Assembly (NCBI GenBank): GCA_963666835.2
Contig: CAXXGO010000003.1
Coordinates: 608,001 to 672,000, forward strand
DNA from: Phycisphaerae bacterium
GTDB lineage: Bacteria; Planctomycetota; Phycisphaerae; UBA1845
DNA: 64,000 bases
Reading direction: 5' to 3'
Shown: positions 8,979-19,717 of the stretch, in pieces
How positions within the stretch are numbered: position 1 is the stretch's first letter
Layout: the number at the start of each line of letters is the position of its first letter
Program-made: the position numbers and the translations under genes
The notes under the pieces: model-generated
The model's input: only the letters and a program-made list of their open reading frames with translations
Databases searched by the model: none
Told to the model about the DNA's origin: nothing

Positions 8979-11240
8979 TCACGATGCTCCCACGTGCTTC
9001 GCCCCGAACCGCATCGCCAGCCACATTTCAACCAGCAACAACAGCAGAACCACAAAGAGCCCGGGAAGGGCCAGCTCGGTAGCCTTTACCAGTGCAGATT
9101 CCGACGCCCCCGCCTCTCCATCCGTAATCACCCGGGCAGGACGGTCCAGGGCTTTCCGCAGGGCATCGGCGTCGACGCCGGCAAGGTTCGCGCCTTGCGG
9201 ATCGAGGTTCACGGCAAACGACCGCACCGTCGGCCCGACGGCAATCACGTGCGGGCCGGATCGTTCCACAGGCTCGTGGACACAGCTCAACTTCGAACCG
9301 GTAGCTCGGACTCTACCATCCAGCTTCCTCCCGTCGCTGGTCCGCACACTAAGCGGCATAGAGCTCTGGCCGGGAGTCAACGGCTCAACCAGCGCGCCAC
9401 CGACGAAGACATTACGGTGGTCTCCGTGGTTGCGCGCCAAATATGCCACCGCATTGACCATTAGCGATACATAGTCCCCCTTCGCGGGCAGGTTGTTCCA
9501 CGCCATGTTCGCCGATGTGGTACATACCATAACTCGACCCTCACCGAACTCCGACACAATCAGAGCCGGATCGCCGTCGAGATACCGCAGGACAACCTGG
9601 CCGCGGCTCCCCGCCGGTTCAAACGGAAGATGCTCATCCACGCGGGCCAGAAACAAACCGCTCTCGGGATGCTCTGCAAACTCGGCGACGATTCCGTGAG
9701 AAAGCCCCTGCGGATCGAACCCGGTCGGACCCGACTCTGCTGCGGACGGAACTTCTCCGCGCCCCAGCGTTCCCGGCAGCAATCCGGCCCCTTTCGCATA
9801 CGCCAGCCGGTTGTAATCGGCGACGTCGACCAAATCCCCGGCAAAGAGTAGAAGCCCCCCACCTCTGGAAACGTAGTCCTCCAGGCGTCGCCACTGGTCC
9901 TGCGGCAAGCGCGAGACGTTACACATCGCTATCACGTCATATTCCGGCAGGGGCTCGCTCGGTAATTCCAGCGGATTGACGATTCTGGTTTTCACCGGGG
10001 TCACCGGCGCGCGGTCGTTCCGCACCGCAGCGCCAAGCCCTCTACTTGACGATCCCCGTACAGACGGTGTCAGGGCGGCGGCAAGATAGCCCGCCTCACC
10101 GGCCAAAGCAGTGCCCCCCGGACGCCCGTCCACAAGCAAAACCGGGATCGCTTCCCGTACGTCGATCGACAGATATCTGATGTTGTCATCCGCAAACGCG
10201 TCCGGTGCTGCCAATACCAATTGTACGTCGACGATATGCGTGCCGATTCGCGTAAGACCCACGGCAAACGTCGTCACTACCGACCGCCCCGGTTCAATCA
10301 GACCAAGCGGTTCGCGCCGGACCACTTCTCCGTCATGCCTGACCTCCAGGTTTGCACTCCGCAGAGCCGTACTACCGAGATTGGCCACTTCGGTGGCAAT
10401 GCGGACCGGGATCTGAACAGCCACCAGCGGAGACTCTATCTCGAGTCTCGTCACCGCTGCGTTCTCGACTTCGCCCGGCCCAATATGCACAAAACTGAGA
10501 TCGACCTCGGAGTCGTCCAAAGCATCAGCCAGACGGCGCGCGGCCAGAACCGCCGCAGTCGGCTCACTTGAATCGCCGTCCTCCCAATCCCGTCGCGAGA
10601 AGCTCGAAATCACATGTACGGTGCGATTGCCGGGCGGCAACTCCGAAGCGCCGAGGATCTCCCGCGCCCGCTCCATCGCCGCAACCGCATCAGGCATACG
10701 TTGCGTCGGCGACATCGCCGCCAGCCGCTCTCGAACCGACCTTCGGTCCATTGCCGCATGCGCGACAACTTCGTCGGCCGCATTTGACATCGCTACGACA
10801 CTCACCGCATCATGTGCCGGAAGGGCTGCCACCAGTTGCTCCGCGTAATCAAGAGCCTTCTCGAACCGGGTCCGCCCGGCACCATCTCGGGCGTTCATCG
10901 CGAGAGAGTCATCCAGCAGAATGACCCGATGCGCAGGAGACGTCTGCCCCGCGACGCGTGACGTAATCGGCACAAACGGACGGGCTACCGCCAACCCCAA
11001 TAGAACCACCAACACAACGCGAGTTGCCAGAAGCAGCCAATGTTGGAGGGCGATCTGCCGCGCACTGTATCGTTGTGCCGCCCGCAGAAAGGACATAGCC
11101 GCCCATCTGACCCGGCGGTAACGGCGCCGGTTGATCAGGTGAATAATCACCGGAATCAAACCGGTCGCGACAGCCGCGCCGGCTAGGACGGGATGAACAA
11201 ACGGAATCGCCGACAACACCGGTAACACTGGGAAACACAC
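8979..11240 (-). CDS. BatA (aerotolerance regulator N-terminal) + VWA domain protein
   Basis: N-terminal double-TM motif IPVIIHLINRRRYRRVRWAAMSFL...LAVARPF; VWA with degenerate DDSLA; GATase-like C-terminal half; C-terminal TM. Confidence 0.85.
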   Translation of the reverse strand: MCFPVLPVLSAIPFVHPVLAGAAVATGLIPVIIHLINRRRYRRVRWAAMSFLRAAQRYSARQIALQHWLLLATRVVLVVLLGLAVARPFVPITSRVAGQTSPAHRVILLDDSLAMNARDGAGRTRFEKALDYAEQLVAALPAHDAVSVVAMSNAADEVVAHAAMDRRSVRERLAAMSPTQRMPDAVAAMERAREILGASELPPGNRTVHVISSFSRRDWEDGDSSEPTAAVLAARRLADALDDSEVDLSFVHIGPGEVENAAVTRLEIESPLVAVQIPVRIATEVANLGSTALRSANLEVRHDGEVVRREPLGLIEPGRSVVTTFAVGLTRIGTHIVDVQLVLAAPDAFADDNIRYLSIDVREAIPVLLVDGRPGGTALAGEAGYLAAALTPSVRGSSSRGLGAAVRNDRAPVTPVKTRIVNPLELPSEPLPEYDVIAMCNVSRLPQDQWRRLEDYVSRGGGLLLFAGDLVDVADYNRLAYAKGAGLLPGTLGRGEVPSAAESGPTGFDPQGLSHGIVAEFAEHPESGLFLARVDEHLPFEPAGSRGQVVLRYLDGDPALIVSEFGEGRVMVCTTSANMAWNNLPAKGDYVSLMVNAVAYLARNHGDHRNVFVGGALVEPLTPGQSSMPLSVRTSDGRKLDGRVRATGSKLSCVHEPVERSGPHVIAVGPTVRSFAVNLDPQGANLAGVDADALRKALDRPARVITDGEAGASESALVKATELALPGLFVVLLLLLVEMWLAMRFGAKHVGAS

Positions 11241-12185
11241 CTATCGCCGACCGGACACCCGCGAGGATCTTTGCCTCAATCGGGCGCTACGTGTAGCAAG
11301 AAACTCCGACAACGCGACCCCGAGAGACGACGCCGTACTCAACACGGCATAGTCTATTTGCATCCGCCCGCAGGCGTGCCGGACCCGCGACTGAAACTCG
11401 TCGACCTCTTCCAGGTACCGCGGGCGCAACGAGTGCGGCTCCGTCAGCAGTCTTCCGCCTTCTTCCAAGCCGTCGAACGCCGTCGGGCCGGTGAAGGCAA
11501 AATCCAACTCCGCCTGATCCCACAGGTTCCAGACGATCACGTCATGGCGGCGATGATGCAGTAAACGCAGTCCGCGAATGACCCCGCGCTCATCGTCGAA
11601 TAGATCACTCACCAGAATGACCAGAGCCCGGTGCTGCAAACGGTCGGCCAGCTCCGCAAGCACGCCCTCCAGCGAGGTCTTGCCCGGACCCGTTCCGGCG
11701 GCAAGCTCGCGTACCAGCAACCTCCACTGCTGCGAGTTGTTCGCCGGTCGAATGAACTTGGTAATCGCGTCATCGAACAGCGCCATGCCAACTGAATCAT
11801 GCTGCTGCAAAGCCAAGTACGATGCCGCCCCGGCAAGAGCTGTGGCGTACTCGTGCTTGGTCAACCCTGCGGCATCCGAGCCGTACTGCATCGATTCGCT
11901 GCAATCGACAACCAACACCAGCTCCAGGTTGGTCTCCTGCTCGTACTCCTTTATGTAGTACTTGTCGGTTCTCCCGAAGACCTTCCAGTCGATGTGGCGC
12001 AGATCGTCACCTTGGGCGTAAGCTCTGTGATCGGCAAACTCGACCGATACTCCGCGATGGGGACTGCGGTGCATCCCGTTGAAGAAACCTTCAACGATCA
12101 GACGCGCGCGCAGTTCCAGGCCGCCGATCCGAGCCAACACCTTGGGATCCAAACAGTCTTCCGGTTCCCGCGTGGGTTCCTGCAT
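11241..12185 (-). CDS. DUF58 domain (VWA-like) protein
   Basis: GMHRSPHRGVSVEFADHRAYAQGDDLRHIDWKVFGRTDKYYIKEYEQET and DCSESM. Confidence 0.93.
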   Translation of the reverse strand: MQEPTREPEDCLDPKVLARIGGLELRARLIVEGFFNGMHRSPHRGVSVEFADHRAYAQGDDLRHIDWKVFGRTDKYYIKEYEQETNLELVLVVDCSESMQYGSDAAGLTKHEYATALAGAASYLALQQHDSVGMALFDDAITKFIRPANNSQQWRLLVRELAAGTGPGKTSLEGVLAELADRLQHRALVILVSDLFDDERGVIRGLRLLHHRRHDVIVWNLWDQAELDFAFTGPTAFDGLEEGGRLLTEPHSLRPRYLEEVDEFQSRVRHACGRMQIDYAVLSTASSLGVALSEFLATRSARLRQRSSRVSGRR

Positions 12186-12222
12186 CCTACGTCCGCCCGT
12201 CCTGGCACCGCTTCCGGCTCCG

Positions 12223-13353
12223 TCAGCTCTCCGGTCGATCCGCGCGGAACACCTGTCCGGCCAGAGCCTCGTCCATCTCGCCTTGAGGACCGTCCGGGAG
12301 GGCCTCGATCAACCGCGCAATGATGTCGTCACTGCAAACCCCTTCAGCCTCGGCGTTGAAGTTCGTCAGTATGCGGTGACGGAGTACCGGCCTTGCCACC
12401 GCCCGGATGTCCTCGGACGACACGCAGTACCGACCTCGCAACAGCGCCCGGGCTTTACCGGCCAGAACCAGGTACTGCGATGCCCGCGGGCCCGCCCCCC
12501 ACGACACGTAGTCTCGCACTATCTCCGGCATCTCACCGCGGTCGACACGAGTGGAGCGAACCAGCCGCATCGCATATCGGACAGTGTGATCCGCACACGG
12601 AACTCGGCGAACGGTATTCTGCAGCTCCAGAATGTCCTGAGCACTGAGAGTACGCGCCAAGGTGACCTCGCGTGGCGCCGTAGTCATCCTAACGATCTGG
12701 AGCTCCTCTTCCTCGGATGGATAGTCCACCAGGACCTTGAACATGAACCGATCCAACTGCGCCTCCGGAAGCGGATAGGTTCCTTCCTGTTCAATGGGAT
12801 TCTGCGTAGCCAGAACGAAGAACGGTCCGGGCAGCTTGTGAGGGAACCCCGCGGCCGTCACTTGGTGCTCTTGCATCGCCTCTAACAGCGCCGCCTGTGT
12901 TTTCGGCGGGGTACGATTGATTTCGTCAGCCAGAACGACGTTAGCGAAGATCGGTCCTTTCACAAACCGAAGCGAACGGGTCCCGGTTCCGCGATCCTCT
13001 TCAATCACCTCCGTGCCGGTGATATCCGAGGGCATCAGGTCGGGCGTGAACTGGATGCGCGAGAAGCTCAGCGAGAGCAGTTGCGAGAGGGTGCTTATCA
13101 TCAACGTCTTGGCCAGCCCGGGCACCCCCTCCAAGATGCCGTGCCCCCCGCAGAACAGCACGATCAGCAGCTCCTCGACCACGTCCTCCTGGCCGACGAT
13201 AACCCGTCGGAGTTCCTCTTGAATCTGCCGATTAGCGGCCACCAGCTTCTCGGCCAGAGCGATGTCACGTTCCATCGGTTCGGCCGAGTCTTGCGGTCTC
13301 GGGCTCTCGTCCATCCGGTTGCCCCCATCTTGAGAATCTGATTCGCCACGCAT
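12223..13353 (-). CDS. moxR: MoxR family AAA+ ATPase
   Basis: Walker [26 protein letters not shown], Walker [45 protein letters not shown]. Confidence 0.96.
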   Translation of the reverse strand: MRGESDSQDGGNRMDESPRPQDSAEPMERDIALAEKLVAANRQIQEELRRVIVGQEDVVEELLIVLFCGGHGILEGVPGLAKTLMISTLSQLLSLSFSRIQFTPDLMPSDITGTEVIEEDRGTGTRSLRFVKGPIFANVVLADEINRTPPKTQAALLEAMQEHQVTAAGFPHKLPGPFFVLATQNPIEQEGTYPLPEAQLDRFMFKVLVDYPSEEEELQIVRMTTAPREVTLARTLSAQDILELQNTVRRVPCADHTVRYAMRLVRSTRVDRGEMPEIVRDYVSWGAGPRASQYLVLAGKARALLRGRYCVSSEDIRAVARPVLRHRILTNFNAEAEGVCSDDIIARLIEALPDGPQGEMDEALAGQVFRADRPES

Positions 13354-13355
13354 CG

Positions 13356-14417
13356 TCAGTCGGTTTCGTTGATCCGGTTGATCAACATTCGCAGCCGCCC
13401 CGCACTCCGCCGATCGAAGTTGAATACGAGGCGAGCCTTGTCGGGATGTGCCCCCTGCTCCGCGCTTAACGGGCCGTCCGTTTGCTCGAACCGTCCATCT
13501 TTGAGGATCCCGCCAAACGTATCATTGAGCTCTGCCAGAAGCACCGCCGACACCGGCGAGTTGAGCCGCAACACCATCTGCTCCCCAACAAATCGCGAGG
13601 AATGAAACCGACTATAGAACCGCAGAATCTCCTCCACGGCCTCTTCCGCCGAATCCGTGATGCGGAACAGATTCATGTCCTCCTCATCGATCATGCCGTT
13701 TTCCAGAAGTTCGTCGCGAACGTATCGCCTCCAGTGACTCCAGTACGTCCCCCCCGGTTCGTCGCAGAGGACCACGGGAGTTGGTGCCGCTTTCACCGTC
13801 TGCACCAACGTTAGCGATTCGAAACCCTCGTCCTGCGTCCCGAACCCACCGGGAAATAGAACAACGGCCCGAGCTTCCTTGATGAACACCAACTTCCGTG
13901 TGAAGAAATACTTGAAGTTGACCAGTTTCGCATCGTTGGCGATGATCGTGTTGGCTGCCTGCTCGAACGGCAGACTGATGGCCACCCCAAAACTTGACCG
14001 GCGCGTCGCCCCGTGGTGCCCCGCGCGCATGATGCCGTCGCCGGCCCCCGTAATTACCATCCATCCATGCCGTTGCATCAGCTCGGCGAACGTCTTGGCT
14101 TGCAGATACTGCGGATGGTCTTCCGCTGTCCGCGCGGACCCGAAGATGCTGACCTTGTAAACCTCTCTATACGGCTCAAAGACCTTGAACGCGTAGCGAA
14201 GTTCTCTAAGGGCGGTGTTGATTATCTTCAGATCGCCGCGATCGGTCCTGTCAGCCGCCATCCGACAGATGGTGACCAGCATCTGAGAGAGAAGATCCTC
14301 GCTTTCCGATGGGGCATACTCTTGCACGAAACTGGCAATCGCATCGGCCCGCGCGCGGCGCGCCTGCGCGGGAGTACGGTCGGTCGGTCGTAGTTCGCTC
14401 ATACTCTTCTCTTCCAC
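13356..14417 (-). CDS. LOG family nucleotide monophosphate phosphoribohydrolase (Rossmann fold)
   Basis: [36 protein letters not shown] motifs; 2-nt gap to moxR. Confidence 0.9.
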   Translation of the reverse strand: MEEKSMSELRPTDRTPAQARRARADAIASFVQEYAPSESEDLLSQMLVTICRMAADRTDRGDLKIINTALRELRYAFKVFEPYREVYKVSIFGSARTAEDHPQYLQAKTFAELMQRHGWMVITGAGDGIMRAGHHGATRRSSFGVAISLPFEQAANTIIANDAKLVNFKYFFTRKLVFIKEARAVVLFPGGFGTQDEGFESLTLVQTVKAAPTPVVLCDEPGGTYWSHWRRYVRDELLENGMIDEEDMNLFRITDSAEEAVEEILRFYSRFHSSRFVGEQMVLRLNSPVSAVLLAELNDTFGGILKDGRFEQTDGPLSAEQGAHPDKARLVFNFDRRSAGRLRMLINRINETD

Positions 14418-14677
14418 ACCTCGCCTGGACGGCGTCCCCTCACCTGCAACTACCGAGCGCGGCAGACTTTCAAACGCCGGATGATAACGGTACGCACCCG
14501 CGCCCGTATTCGAACACCCCGGGCGCAGAACGCAATCCCCGCGTACGAATACACGTATCTGTTATCGGCCCAGGACCCGCAACAAGTAAGGTCATTCCAC
14601 GGAGTCGTTTCCCAAGAGGGCGGCTTGCGAGGCCTTCTAAGCTGCAATCTATCGGTCCTTCCGCCGATGAAATACGC

Positions 14678-15679
14678 ATGACCGCTGACCCCACCGCAGT
14701 ACAATCGCGCGAGGATTCCGCCATTACCGATGCTCCGCCACTCATCAGTAATGTCCTCTCTTTCGATGTCGAGGAGTGGTTCCACGCGGCCAATCTGAGA
14801 ATCCCGCCCGCGCAGTGGGAGCATTGTCCTTCCCGGTTGGATCGCCCGATCGAACGGATTCTGTCGCTGTTGGCAGAGCACCGAACCTCAGCAACATTCT
14901 TCGTCCTGGGTTGGGTGGCGGCGCGCAGCCCCGCGATTGTCCGGCAGATTCAACAAGCCGGCCATGAGATAGCCTGCCACGGGAATAACCACAAGTTAAT
15001 CTCCGCCCTGACTCCGGCCGCGTTTCGTCAGGACGTTCGGGAATCCAAGGCGATTCTCGAGGATTTGACGGGTGAACCGGTAGTCGGATATCGCGCTCCC
15101 GGCTACTCGATCAGCCAAAACACCATCTGGGCGTTGGACATCCTCGAAAGCCTCGGGTTTGCCTACGACTCCAGCATCTACCCGGTTCGATCACCGCACG
15201 CTCGATACGGACTGAACGGGGTTCCTCACACCCCGCATAGAATCCGGCCGCAATTGTGGGAATACCCTCTACCAACGTGCCGCCTGCTGGGGCGTAGAAT
15301 CCCCGCGGCCACCGGAGCGTACTTGCGAATATGGCCGGAGGTCGTAACTCGATTGGCCTTTCGGCAGAGCGCCGCCCGGTCGACGCCGGTAGTCGTGAAC
15401 ATCCACCCCTGGGAGCTAGACCCCGACCAACCTCGCATGCCGGTTCCCTGGTGGCCCGCCATGCTCCACTATACGAACCTGAACAAGACGGCGCCCCGCC
15501 TGACTCGCCTGCTCGAGGCTCATGAGTTTGACGCCATTCGCGACCTGCTTCCCGACCGCCGATCGCGAATCACCGCCCCGATGCAGCGACCGAAAGCAGA
15601 GGTGGAATCGAGGATTGGCGGGGAACTCAATGCCGCAGGGGCTTGCAAACCGGTCAAAACCTCCGCAACACCGGAATGA
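14678..15679 (+). CDS. Polysaccharide deacetylase (XrtA/PEP-CTERM-system type, DUF3473)
   Basis: SFDVEEWFH, ATFFVLGWVA, HEIACHG, GYRAPGYS, YDSSIYP, HPWELDPDQPR; start trimmed to ATG 14678. Confidence 0.88.
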   Translation: MTADPTAVQSREDSAITDAPPLISNVLSFDVEEWFHAANLRIPPAQWEHCPSRLDRPIERILSLLAEHRTSATFFVLGWVAARSPAIVRQIQQAGHEIACHGNNHKLISALTPAAFRQDVRESKAILEDLTGEPVVGYRAPGYSISQNTIWALDILESLGFAYDSSIYPVRSPHARYGLNGVPHTPHRIRPQLWEYPLPTCRLLGRRIPAATGAYLRIWPEVVTRLAFRQSAARSTPVVVNIHPWELDPDQPRMPVPWWPAMLHYTNLNKTAPRLTRLLEAHEFDAIRDLLPDRRSRITAPMQRPKAEVESRIGGELNAAGACKPVKTSATPE

Positions 15680-16198
15680 TCAGGCTTCCCCCTCCTGATC
15701 TTCCGCGGGCGAATCGAGATAGGGCTTAACGGACAGAGTCATTATCACTTCATCGCGGATCGGGATGCCCCGTTCACCGACGTCGTGAATCTGCGGCTTC
15801 AGTTCTCGGGCTCGATCAATAGCCCCGACGTCGATCGCCACCATCCTGAAACCGAGGCGCTGACAGAGCCCGATCCCGTGGAGGTTATCGTTGGGGGCAG
15901 CCAGAATTATCTCCCCGCAGCCGCGCTTCCTGGCCGCATCGATTGCGGCGAGCAGCAGCGCCGACCCAATCCCGGACCTCTCCCTCGTCGAGTTCAGCGT
16001 GAGAAGCTCCATCACACCGTCCTCAATATGGTAGGTCAGCAGCCCGACAATCTGCCCATCCCTCCGCTCGATGAAGCCCTCCTCCTCGTGCGGATAGAAC
16101 GTCCTCCCCCGGCACACCACCATCGTGGAATACCAGTATCGGTCGATGAACTCGGCCACCTCTGCCCGATCAGCGTCTCGCATTTCAGCTCTTGACAT
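15680..16198 (-). CDS. GNAT family N-acetyltransferase
   Basis: Acetyl-CoA motif RERSGIGSALL, CQRLGFR, RARELKPQI...GIPIRDE. Confidence 0.85.
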   Translation of the reverse strand: MSRAEMRDADRAEVAEFIDRYWYSTMVVCRGRTFYPHEEEGFIERRDGQIVGLLTYHIEDGVMELLTLNSTRERSGIGSALLLAAIDAARKRGCGEIILAAPNDNLHGIGLCQRLGFRMVAIDVGAIDRARELKPQIHDVGERGIPIRDEVIMTLSVKPYLDSPAEDQEGEA

Positions 16199-16393
16199 CG
16201 CGCGTGCATTTGTACACCGGATCGACCCGCTCCGCCAGGGTTGCAGACACCACTTCTTCCGACGGAGAGCGGCAGTTCATTCGGGAGTAAACGAAGCAGT
16301 CCCCACAGCTACAGCCCGAGTTTGCCGGACCCACCACCGGCGTCTATAGTCTGAAATCTGACGAATCGGGTAACCCCAACGGGATAGAGAGTC

Positions 16394-17167
16394 GTGCCTG
16401 AAAAGAACCTGGACATCGTGTTCACCGCCCCCCATCCGGATGATCTGGAGATCACCATGGGCGGCACGATCGCAAGGATGGTCAAGCTGGGCTACCGCGT
16501 CGGGATGATCCACATGACCAACGGCGAGCCGACGCCGCGCGGTACCCCTGAGACCCGAATCAAGGAGACGCACGCCGCCGCCGAGGTCCTGGGCGTCCAC
16601 GTCTGTGAGGTGCTCGACCTCCCGAATCGCGAGCTGATGGACACGCCGGCGGCTCGCTACGCCCTGGCAACCGCGCTTCGGCGGCACCGCCCAAAGATTC
16701 TGGTGGGCATGGCCGGGCGTACCCCTTCGGCTTCGCCGGACCACTACCAGGCTCAGTTGCTGACCGAGGCCGCGCGCTTCTACGCCCAGCTCACCAAGTG
16801 GAACGACCGCTTCGCGGGAACGGAGCCGCTCCGCATCGAGCACTTGGTCTACCGGCCGGTGCGCTTGAGCGCCGAGATAACTCACTGGCAAACCCAGTTC
16901 GTGGTCGACATCAGCGAGACTATCGAGCAGAAGATCGAAGCGGTTCGTTGCTATCGATCCCAGTTTGATGAAGAGCGCCTTGCCGGCGTCGAGCACCACA
17001 TTCGCTGCGGAGCCGGGGCAGAAGGCACGATCGCCGGGTTTCGGTTTGGAGAACTCTTCGCGCTTCCGCGGCCGCTCGGGGTGTCGGACATGGTCCGGGC
17101 GCTGGGGGATTGGCAAGTACCTCCGCCGTTTGCAGGAGCGTCACCGAAGGCGAAGGACTCCGAGTGA
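16394..17167 (+). CDS. PIG-L/LmbE family deacetylase (BshB1-like)
   Basis: PHPDDLE metal motif, TNGEPTPRG, SPDH, VVDISETIEQKIEAVRCYRSQF. Confidence 0.88.
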   Translation: MPEKNLDIVFTAPHPDDLEITMGGTIARMVKLGYRVGMIHMTNGEPTPRGTPETRIKETHAAAEVLGVHVCEVLDLPNRELMDTPAARYALATALRRHRPKILVGMAGRTPSASPDHYQAQLLTEAARFYAQLTKWNDRFAGTEPLRIEHLVYRPVRLSAEITHWQTQFVVDISETIEQKIEAVRCYRSQFDEERLAGVEHHIRCGAGAEGTIAGFRFGELFALPRPLGVSDMVRALGDWQVPPPFAGASPKAKDSE

Positions 17168-17257
17168 TGGAAGCCAATCAAACTGGGCGGAGCCGGCGCC
17201 GACATCCGATAAAGGACTGAGGCGCCTGCAAAACCAGCGAACGAGAAAGGAAGTTCT

Positions 17258-17899
17258 GTGGATCTCTTCATTGATAACACCCCGGCGGACAGCGATTTCG
17301 CAATGGAAGGCAGTATCGAAAGCGCCCTTAAGCACCTCCAGGACAACCTGCGTCCTAGCGGCCGTATGGTCGTCGGCCTCCGTTGCGACGGAACCGAAGT
17401 GCCCTCGGGAGAGATGGCGGCGACCCTCCAGAAGCCCGCGGCGTCCTTCGATCGGCTGGACGTGTCCACGAGCACGCGTGGTGAGTTGGTGGCCGAGGCG
17501 ATGAGTCAGGCCTCCACCGCCCTTCTGCAGACCGAGACCGAGATTCAACGGATCGCGGACCTGTTGACGGAAGGCAAAAACGGCGAGGGGATGCCCGCCC
17601 TGGGAAAGTGCATGTCGGTCTGGCAGCAGATGAACGATGCGGTGAACAAGTCGATCCAGATTCTGGAGCTTGACGCGCAGAAGATGTTGATCGGCGATGA
17701 GGCGATGGCCGACATTCTCGCGAAGCCGATGGAGGTGCTCCTCCAAGTGAAGCAGGCTCTGGAATCGAAGGACTACGTTCTGTTGGCCGACACTCTCCAG
17801 TATGAGTTCGGCGATGTGACCCAGCAGTGGCACTCAGTTATCGCGGAAATCCGCCGCGAGGCCGAACGACTCCTCGCCGGAACGGCCGATCCTACTTGA
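17258..17899 (+). CDS. Conserved hypothetical helical protein
   Basis: 213-aa ORF with RBS-like AAGGAAG, coding-like composition and C-terminal ALESKDYVLLADTLQYE motif. Confidence 0.7.
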   Translation: MDLFIDNTPADSDFAMEGSIESALKHLQDNLRPSGRMVVGLRCDGTEVPSGEMAATLQKPAASFDRLDVSTSTRGELVAEAMSQASTALLQTETEIQRIADLLTEGKNGEGMPALGKCMSVWQQMNDAVNKSIQILELDAQKMLIGDEAMADILAKPMEVLLQVKQALESKDYVLLADTLQYEFGDVTQQWHSVIAEIRREAERLLAGTADPT

Positions 17900-18248
17900 A
17901 GCGACCGCGGTATTCGGCAGCCGGATACTTAACGGCGTTCTTCTTCATCTTGTCCGCCAGCGCCGAGGAAAGGTCAATCTCCATCCGGCTGGCAAAGGAC
18001 AGCACATACGCGAGAATATCTGCCAACTCCTCGCGAATCTCGGAGATCTTATCCGGATCATCATGAACGGACGGCAGCTCATCCGTGCGGAGCCATTGAA
18101 AATGCTCCATCAGCTCGGCCGCCTCGATCGCAATTGACGCCGAGAGGTTCTTAGCGTCGTGAAACTGCCGCCAATGCCGCTCCGCGATGAACGCATCGAC
18201 AAGTCTAATCAGATCGGCCACCGTCGTCGTCGAGTCATGCACGCTCAA
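17892..18248 (-). CDS. MazG-like nucleotide pyrophosphohydrolase (dCTPase-like)
   Basis: ERHWRQFHDAKNLSASIAIEAAELMEHFQW...EELADILAY...KNAVKYP. Confidence 0.9.
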   Translation of the reverse strand: MSVHDSTTTVADLIRLVDAFIAERHWRQFHDAKNLSASIAIEAAELMEHFQWLRTDELPSVHDDPDKISEIREELADILAYVLSFASRMEIDLSSALADKMKKNAVKYPAAEYRGRFK

Positions 18249-18469
18249 ACTCCCTTACCAGAAACCCACTCGGATGATCTTACCCACTAACGGACCGCGC
18301 AGCACGGCACCGCCGGAACAGGTGGCCGGAGAAGGTATCAGGGTGTTTCCGGGGATGGCTGGAAAATCACCCTGACATTTCACCCCTCCCTGGTGGAACC
18401 GCGTCGACCTGCTATTCTTGGGCAACCGAGCGTGCCTTTGCGGGTATCATCTCGAAAGGACGGTGTAGA

Positions 18470-19717
18470 GTGCGCCCCCAAATAGCGTCATTAGTGTTGT
18501 TCGCCGTTTCCAGCGCCTTGCCTGCGTCGCAGGCCGGCGTCAAGGAACCGTCTGAGACTTCGGGCACTTCGTCGGCAAGACCGGTCATGACCATTACGGA
18601 GACAGAGGACATCCCCGTGGCGTTCCTGGATCGGACCGGACCGTACTGGTCCGCGGGATCCAGTCTCGCAACAGTTCGCCGAACAATGACGGCGCACGGG
18701 CAACCCGGCCCCATGTTCACCAGGTATCTCGAGGGTCCCGACACGGCATTCCGGGGCGAGATCCGCATGGAAGTGGGTTACTTTGCTACGCCCGAGCACC
18801 ACCCATCCGCACCCTTCAAGGCAGGCGTACATCGCGCCCAACTCGTCGCGCAGATGGCTCTCGACGCACCTTTTGCATCCCCGTCCCGGTATCTTCCGTT
18901 GATGCGCCGGTGGATCGAAGAACACGGCTACGTTATAGATGGACCTATAACCGAAATCTACACCGGAGGAAGTTCAACAGAGGCGACCTCGGGCACTGAG
19001 ATCCGAATCAGCGTTCGCAAACGCCCGCCCCCGCCGGCGCCGCCGCCTGAGCAACCCAGGGTCGATGTCGCCCCCGTATCCAGCACTGAAACTAAGACCG
19101 GCAAGCCCGTTAAGACCACCCCGCCCGAAGGGACACCGGGCAGGCGTCGCAAGGCCGCTAGTACCCGCGCTGCGGTCACCCAAAAGAGACCATCCGTCAA
19201 CCCGGTCACGGGCGCCCCCCGCCGCGCCCCTGCCAGGCGCCCAGTCAATCCGCCACCAGCACCGCGGACCGCCGTGAAAGTGGCGGACCTTCTGACACAA
19301 GGGCGTTTCGAGGAGGTTGCCGGTTGGCTCCTTCCCGACCGATTCGAGGGCTCACCCGCCGAGCAGGTTTGGCTGGGGCACGTCGCCTCCCGGGTCATCG
19401 CGGCCGCAAAAGGAATCAGGACGATCCAGCCTGAAACCGCGGCCAACCTCGATGCCCTGGCGGCCGCGGTTGCAGCGCGCTACGAAGTCGTTTCGGCAAC
19501 TTTCGCCGTCGATCCTCTCGATCATGCTACGGTTCGGCTCGATCCTGAGGAAACCACGAATGCTTCCGATAAACAGGCGGTCCTCAAAGACCTGGATACG
19601 CTACTCTGGCGGATCTCACTCAAGGACCTGGATGCGGTTTCCGCCACAGAACGGGTCGGGGACATCATTCAACGTACCGGGGAGTTGGTGTATTGGGACT
19701 CTCCGCCAGGGGACTAG
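18470..19717 (+). CDS. Secreted protein with GyrI-like small-molecule-binding domain, Pro/Arg-rich linker and helical C-terminal domain
   Basis: Signal-peptide-like N-terminus; RTGPYW, RWIEEHGYVIDGPITEIY...TEIRISV GyrI-like pattern. Confidence 0.65.
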   Translation: MRPQIASLVLFAVSSALPASQAGVKEPSETSGTSSARPVMTITETEDIPVAFLDRTGPYWSAGSSLATVRRTMTAHGQPGPMFTRYLEGPDTAFRGEIRMEVGYFATPEHHPSAPFKAGVHRAQLVAQMALDAPFASPSRYLPLMRRWIEEHGYVIDGPITEIYTGGSSTEATSGTEIRISVRKRPPPPAPPPEQPRVDVAPVSSTETKTGKPVKTTPPEGTPGRRRKAASTRAAVTQKRPSVNPVTGAPRRAPARRPVNPPPAPRTAVKVADLLTQGRFEEVAGWLLPDRFEGSPAEQVWLGHVASRVIAAAKGIRTIQPETAANLDALAAAVAARYEVVSATFAVDPLDHATVRLDPEETTNASDKQAVLKDLDTLLWRISLKDLDAVSATERVGDIIQRTGELVYWDSPPGD

